From: Spirochaetia bacterium
GTDB lineage: Bacteria > Spirochaetota > Spirochaetia > SP-2023
NCBI GenBank assembly: GCA_965225855.1
Contig: CBDDCK010000001.1
Location: forward strand, 192,001-256,000
Direction: 5' to 3'
DNA: 64,000 nucleotides
Of this stretch, positions 59,072 through 64,000 are shown piece by piece. The position numbers and the translations under genes are program-made. The notes below the pieces were generated by a model that saw only the letters and a list, made by a program, of their open reading frames with translations, did not search any database and had not been told where the DNA came from. The number at the start of each line of letters is the position of its first letter. The first letter of the stretch is position 1.

Positions 59072-59725
59072 ATGTCTGTGTATCGATTCCGAATATTTTT
59101 TAGTGTTTTGTTGTTGTTTGTACCAATAGAGTTATTGGCACAGAGAAAATCTGATTCTGCTCCAAAGATCAAGACATTTGGCGGGCGTTATCAAGGAGAT
59201 TTAGGGCTACAAGTAAATGGCTACTTATGGGCACCATTATTCGATATAGACCCAAACGCCGGTAAAACAAAAAATCCCAACTTGAGTTTAGGCGGTGGGG
59301 CAGACCTTGCTTTTGTATATTATTTAACATCTACTATTGGCATAGGTGGCTTTTTGGATTTGGGGATTTCAGCTCCCGCAAATCAAGACCCTGTTCAAGA
59401 TTATCTTTTGGCTGTGCTTTTAGGGCCAAGAATTTCTTACGATATAAATATCTATACTATAAAGTATACTTCTCATCCATTATTTAGTTTCCCTTTGGGT
59501 TTTGGGCTGGCCATATCTGCGGTGAAATTTGGCAGTATCACCAATATAATTCCCGTTATAAAATTTGATGTGGGTGCTTATGTCAATCCGTTTAATCAGC
59601 CAGAATGGGCTTTCGGGCTTAGTTTGCATTATTGGTTTGTACCAGAATTTACCATCACAGATTTGTCCCGCATAGGCAACTATTTGATGATAGGAATTGG
59701 TTTTAATTTTCATTCTGGTGGATGA
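59072..59725 (+). CDS. Putative small outer-membrane beta-barrel protein (TP0733-like)
   Basis: Signal peptide, alternating Gly/aromatic beta-strands, near-terminal IGIGFNF strand. Confidence 0.6.
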   Translation: MSVYRFRIFFSVLLLFVPIELLAQRKSDSAPKIKTFGGRYQGDLGLQVNGYLWAPLFDIDPNAGKTKNPNLSLGGGADLAFVYYLTSTIGIGGFLDLGISAPANQDPVQDYLLAVLLGPRISYDINIYTIKYTSHPLFSFPLGFGLAISAVKFGSITNIIPVIKFDVGAYVNPFNQPEWAFGLSLHYWFVPEFTITDLSRIGNYLMIGIGFNFHSGG

Positions 59726-59756
59726 TAATTTTAAAGAGATAATTTAGAGAAATTAA

Positions 59757-60818
59757 ATGCAATATTATAAGTATTTCATTGCTTGGCTATTTAGCTGTGC
59801 CATATTCTTTTCCCAAATCTCTTGTTCGGACACAGGAGTATTGGCCACAATAGAAGGAATAAAAGAAATATCCGATGGCGAATTGAGTAATAATTTATTT
59901 GCTCATAGTATAATTGAACTTAATTCGGTAGTTTATCTTGGTAGTAAATTTGTCTGGAAAAAAACTTCCAGTGGAAGCGAGTGGCAAAAAATTTCCTTAC
60001 CTGATTATTTAGACCCAAATGAGAATCCTGTTGTCAGTATTGCCACAGATGGCAGCAATTTATTTTTGGCAAGTAATAAAAAACTTTATACGCGCAACAA
60101 AAGTGGGTTTTGGGAAAGAACAACTAAAACTTTGTCTTCTAAAGAATCTTTCCCTTTTTATGCTCTTAGAGGGGTTGACGGTAAAGTTTTAGCGGTTGAC
60201 GACAATAATACTATTTACCGCCATACAACTGCTGGGGAATGGGAAGTCTTTTTGAGAGATACGGCAATGAATGATTTTACTAAATTCCAAAATCACTATT
60301 ATTTGGCTTCGGGAAAAAATTTAATAAAAGGCAGAAACTTAAATGAATTGAAATCAAATAAACAAAGTAAAAAGCAAAAACATGAGATTACCAATTTGCT
60401 AAGCGTAAGCTATTCTAGTACAGAATATTTTTATATGTTAGCTAATAGCAAATTATATCATTCTCAAGATGGTACTTCATGGGAGCTTAAAGATGGTTCG
60501 GAATCATCGGGAGACTATATCTCTTTGGTTGAAATTGAAGGGAAATTGATTGTTGGTCGTGTCGGTGCTGGTTACCATATTTATAATATAGCTAGCGATA
60601 AATGGCAAACTACCACTTTTAGTGATGGTTTTACCGATACAGATAGTATTAGGAAACTTTCTTCTGGTATATCTATTATGGATTTAAGCTTAGGAATTTT
60701 TTTGTATTTTGATGCTCTTGATAATAATAATGACCGACTATATTCAACCACTGTAGGAAACTTTGGTGTTTTTGCGGCTAAACGCAATGCTAGTAAATGG
60801 GCTTGGGCACCAGAATAA
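59757..60818 (+). CDS. Putative lipoprotein with beta-propeller-like repeats
   Basis: Signal ending QISC; repeated S.DG..W-like motifs. Confidence 0.6.
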   Translation: MQYYKYFIAWLFSCAIFFSQISCSDTGVLATIEGIKEISDGELSNNLFAHSIIELNSVVYLGSKFVWKKTSSGSEWQKISLPDYLDPNENPVVSIATDGSNLFLASNKKLYTRNKSGFWERTTKTLSSKESFPFYALRGVDGKVLAVDDNNTIYRHTTAGEWEVFLRDTAMNDFTKFQNHYYLASGKNLIKGRNLNELKSNKQSKKQKHEITNLLSVSYSSTEYFYMLANSKLYHSQDGTSWELKDGSESSGDYISLVEIEGKLIVGRVGAGYHIYNIASDKWQTTTFSDGFTDTDSIRKLSSGISIMDLSLGIFLYFDALDNNNDRLYSTTVGNFGVFAAKRNASKWAWAPE

Positions 60819-60836
60819 AAGTTTAGGTCAAATTGA

Positions 60837-62282
60837 ATGGAAACTATTTCACGTATATTGCTAGGCCTTCTGGGCCTTTCTTTGATCGTATTGATACATG
60901 AGCTGGGGCATTTTATCGCTGCAAAATTTTGTAGAGTGCATGTGGAAAGGCTTAGCTTATTTTTAGGTAGGCCACTATTTTCTTGGAAATGGGGAGCTAG
61001 CGAGTTTGCCATAGGTTGGTTGCCATTAGGTGGCTATTGCAAAATGAAAGATGAAGGCCTAGTTCTTCAAGATTTCGGCAACGATTTTGTAGATAAAGAG
61101 TCACCTAAGGCACAATTTGAGAAACAATATAAACTACAGCAAAATCCCGAAGTTCAATCTATATCGGAGCCTGTTGTCAAAGATTGGTTAACTGATGGCA
61201 AAAGCTTTCAGGAAATTAGTGCTTTACAGAAAATTTTTATTATATTGGCTGGCCCGTTGATCAATATTTTATTTGCTTTGTTTGTGTTATTTTGTTTTCA
61301 GTTGGGTGGTTATCCAGAGATGGAAAATAGTAACCGAATAATTATACCAAATAACAAACAAACTTCCAAAGATAGTCCATTTCCAGCAGGCCCTAGCCCC
61401 GCACAAAAAGCAGGGCTTCAATCTGGTGATACCATTATTCAGCTTGGTGGCAATACTATAAATAATTTTGCAGATCTGCGACTCACTATTGCATTAAGTG
61501 CTGATCAAAATTTGGAATTAGAATATTTACGAGATGGCAATATTGTTCAAGGTCAACTAAAACCTATTGTAAATAACGAAGGTCGTGGTTGGATTGGGGT
61601 TTTGCCTTGGAGAGATCTAGTGTTGCAACGCCCCTATAACAATGGGTCGGTGGAAATCTTGCCCGGTGCGCGCTTAGAGAAAATTAATGGGCAATCAGTT
61701 CATAATTGGTATGAGCTGCTAGAATTTTTGAAAGGAATTAGCCAAGAAGAAAGTATACAATTACAATGGAGCAGTACCACTGGAGAATTATTAGAACAAA
61801 ATAGTATACTGGCAGAGGTAATCCGTTTAAAATTTTTAGCAAAAACTTGGGTACGCAGCCCTAATTTTTGGCATGCGATGATTGCTTCCAGTAATAGATT
61901 ACTCGATATGTTTTCCATGCAGCTCAAGGGGATAGTCCAATTATTGAGTGGTCGCCTACAATTGCAGGGAAATTTGGCTGGCCCTATCCAAATATCGGAT
62001 CAAATAGGGCAAGTTATGGCAGGTTATGGTGCTAGTTTTGTTGAGCGATGGTATAATAGTTGGCTATTTTTAAGCTTCATTAGTTTTATGATTGCCTTAG
62101 CCAATTTATTGCCATTGGCCGTTCTCGATGGCGGGCAAATTTTATTGTATAGTATTGAGCTTATTTCCCGTAAACGTTTGCCAAAAAAATGGATAATGAT
62201 ATACCAAGCCGTGGGCAGTTTTGCCGTTATGGGCCTAATGGTTATTGTTTTAGGTTTTGAGCTAATTCATTATATTTTTTAG
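60837..62282 (+). CDS. rseP: Site-2 (RIP) metalloprotease RseP
   Basis: HELGH, PLGGY, AGP..N, PDZ (SPAQKAGLQSGD), NLLPLAVLDGG. Confidence 0.92.
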   Translation: METISRILLGLLGLSLIVLIHELGHFIAAKFCRVHVERLSLFLGRPLFSWKWGASEFAIGWLPLGGYCKMKDEGLVLQDFGNDFVDKESPKAQFEKQYKLQQNPEVQSISEPVVKDWLTDGKSFQEISALQKIFIILAGPLINILFALFVLFCFQLGGYPEMENSNRIIIPNNKQTSKDSPFPAGPSPAQKAGLQSGDTIIQLGGNTINNFADLRLTIALSADQNLELEYLRDGNIVQGQLKPIVNNEGRGWIGVLPWRDLVLQRPYNNGSVEILPGARLEKINGQSVHNWYELLEFLKGISQEESIQLQWSSTTGELLEQNSILAEVIRLKFLAKTWVRSPNFWHAMIASSNRLLDMFSMQLKGIVQLLSGRLQLQGNLAGPIQISDQIGQVMAGYGASFVERWYNSWLFLSFISFMIALANLLPLAVLDGGQILLYSIELISRKRLPKKWIMIYQAVGSFAVMGLMVIVLGFELIHYIF

Positions 62283-62313
62283 AGAAATTTTTCGTAATTT
62301 TCAAGTTTCTTGT

Positions 62314-63510
62314 TCAGGAAGAATGATTACTTAAAACAGCAACCGTCTTGCTGTCAAAGTTTGATACTGGGTAATTTTTCTTTTCTTCTTGCATTTTTAT
62401 TTTATCATGTTCGCTTTCAAATTCATAAACAAAAGCTGCAATCAAATTGCGGTCTTTATAGGTGATTTTTTCAATACGATTTTGTAAAATAACGGCATTG
62501 ATGTTTGTGTTTCGGAGTTTGGTGTAGCCTACAATTTCTGAAACAAAATGAATGGTTTGACTATCATAAGGGTTTAAATAACTAACTCCTATTAAAGATT
62601 TTTTGGGAAGCTGAACATGGGATAAGATACCACAACCTGTAGTGGAAATATCACAAAGCAGAGCATTGATAATAGACCCATCGACTTCTAATTTATTTTC
62701 AACTTGAGCTAATGGGATAATCGCTACAGAAACTTGGAGTTGTTTGCGTTTATAGCGGCGGGCACCAAAAATAATTTCAGGTTTTCTTCTGCAGTGCTCT
62801 AATGTTAATAGTTTCTTATTTTTTGTATGCTGATGTTTACGGGTCTTACTATACCCTCGAACTTTGCTGCTATAAATTGCCCTATCGCCAGTCTTAATGA
62901 TTTCAATTTTACTATCGCTCCCTTTCACGACTTGACTGGGACTGCCATTTAAAAGCTGAATTTCAAAATAATTTCGATGGTTTGAATAAAGTTTTCCTAC
63001 AAAACGAAATTGTTGAGGTTTGTCTTCGGAGTTTTGCACAATTGTATTTAAGTAAAAGCGAGAACCTCTGGGAATTTTGCGAGTGCTTTTAACAAAAACA
63101 CTTTTATGTAGAGAATTTTCTATTTTTTGAGTAATACTGAAAATATAAAAGCGAGCCTCCTCAATATCGCCAACGAAGTTTTCAGGTTGAGTGAATGTAG
63201 CTCGGTATATCTGGCGCATAATGCTTTGGTTAAATTTAGCATGGTAAAAAACATCTAAAAAGCGAGGTATTGGATTATTTTTAAGATAATTTTCAAAAAA
63301 GAGACGTTCTTTTTCCGTAAATTCTGCATTTAAAGCAAGCTCTCGGTATTTCTTGGAAGAAAATCTATAATTAGAGAGACTTCTTACTTGCTGCCAGAGA
63401 TTCAAATAATGACTAAGTAAAATAATAATTGCGATAAGCCCTACACAAGTAATAACAATTAAAAATGCAATAGCTTGGCTATTCGGCTGTATCGTTGGCA
63501 ATACGTTCAT
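62314..63510 (-). CDS. Membrane-anchored PilZ-domain protein
   Basis: N-terminal TM; RRYKR and DISTTG c-di-GMP motifs (RxxxR, DxSxxG). Confidence 0.75.
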   Translation of the reverse strand: MNVLPTIQPNSQAIAFLIVITCVGLIAIIILLSHYLNLWQQVRSLSNYRFSSKKYRELALNAEFTEKERLFFENYLKNNPIPRFLDVFYHAKFNQSIMRQIYRATFTQPENFVGDIEEARFYIFSITQKIENSLHKSVFVKSTRKIPRGSRFYLNTIVQNSEDKPQQFRFVGKLYSNHRNYFEIQLLNGSPSQVVKGSDSKIEIIKTGDRAIYSSKVRGYSKTRKHQHTKNKKLLTLEHCRRKPEIIFGARRYKRKQLQVSVAIIPLAQVENKLEVDGSIINALLCDISTTGCGILSHVQLPKKSLIGVSYLNPYDSQTIHFVSEIVGYTKLRNTNINAVILQNRIEKITYKDRNLIAAFVYEFESEHDKIKMQEEKKNYPVSNFDSKTVAVLSNHSS

Positions 63511-63521
63511 ATCCTGCTTCC

Positions 63522-64000
63522 TTAAAACTTATGCTTTTCTATTGAGACCAGCTCGGCCAATAAATCTATAATTTGCTGTATCAAAGGGATTATTTCATAT
63601 TCTACTAAATCTCCAATATTTACAGTATCGGTTTCCTCTATTGCATTGGCTAATTCTTTTAAAAAGGGGGTAATTTGGTTAAATACCGTTTCCAGTTTTT
63701 TATTCCCTTGAATTTCTTGTTGCTCGATCAGCTGCTCTAGTAATAATGATAATTCTGATACATAATAGAAAATTTGTTGCGTTTGGCCGCTCTGTAACTG
63801 AACTAAAGCTTCTTCCAGCTCTTGACTTTTTTGTGTCAATTGTTTTTGGATTTCAGTAATATTTATATCACAAAATAAGGCGGGCTGGGCAAGCTCAACA
63901 ACGGAAACTTCTGCCTGCTCTTGTGTATTTAATTTATGTTGTTCAGGGCGCAATAGCCAAGTTGTATAATGCTCATGCAAATCTTTGAGTAAAAGTGGTA
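63522..64000 (-). CDS. Hypothetical protein, 3' part (begins beyond the window)
   Basis: Open frame to the window edge; C-terminal D...IGDLVEYEI.P motif. Confidence 0.6.
   Translation of the reverse strand, partial: PLLLKDLHEHYTTWLLRPEQHKLNTQEQAEVSVVELAQPALFCDINITEIQKQLTQKSQELEEALVQLQSGQTQQIFYYVSELSLLLEQLIEQQEIQGNKKLETVFNQITPFLKELANAIEETDTVNIGDLVEYEIIPLIQQIIDLLAELVSIEKHKF

Overview
This window is spirochete chromosomal DNA. The assignment is inferred from a spirochete-type FlgE/FlbD/MotAB block, an E-C-A-B-D-I-K V-type ATPase operon and a spiro-SPASM radical SAM protein. The backbone is housekeeping: gyrA, nadE, V-ATPase, recF, flagellar genes, rpmB, ung, uvrC, dapB, ribokinase, fliD, ackA, nth and rseP. 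Three dispersed paralogous loci (about 15.5-18.4, 35.2-39.0 and 48.3-51.2 kb) are inserted into it. Each has a near-identical ~700-bp leader followed by a lipoprotein built from shuffled ~120-aa A and B modules. These loci show several features that together suggest an undescribed surface-antigen diversification system derived from a transposable (Mu-like) phage. (1) A promoterless, inverted 3' cassette (46757-47014) begins exactly at an invariant 36-bp core shared by the B modules, a shufflon-like geometry. (2) There are TG...CA terminal inverted repeats with twin 13-bp internal motifs (35251, 38954, 51208). (3) Every leader contains a decayed Mu gpF-like head-morphogenesis gene remnant. (4) A G-quadruplex motif resembling the Neisseria pilE G4 lies upstream of locus 3. 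(5) The paralogs share sequence in a mosaic, gene-conversion-like pattern. (6) A poly-C tract sits in the putative promoter spacer. No recombinase, transposase or reverse transcriptase is encoded in the window, so activity is unproven. All protein family calls are by motif recognition, not database search.
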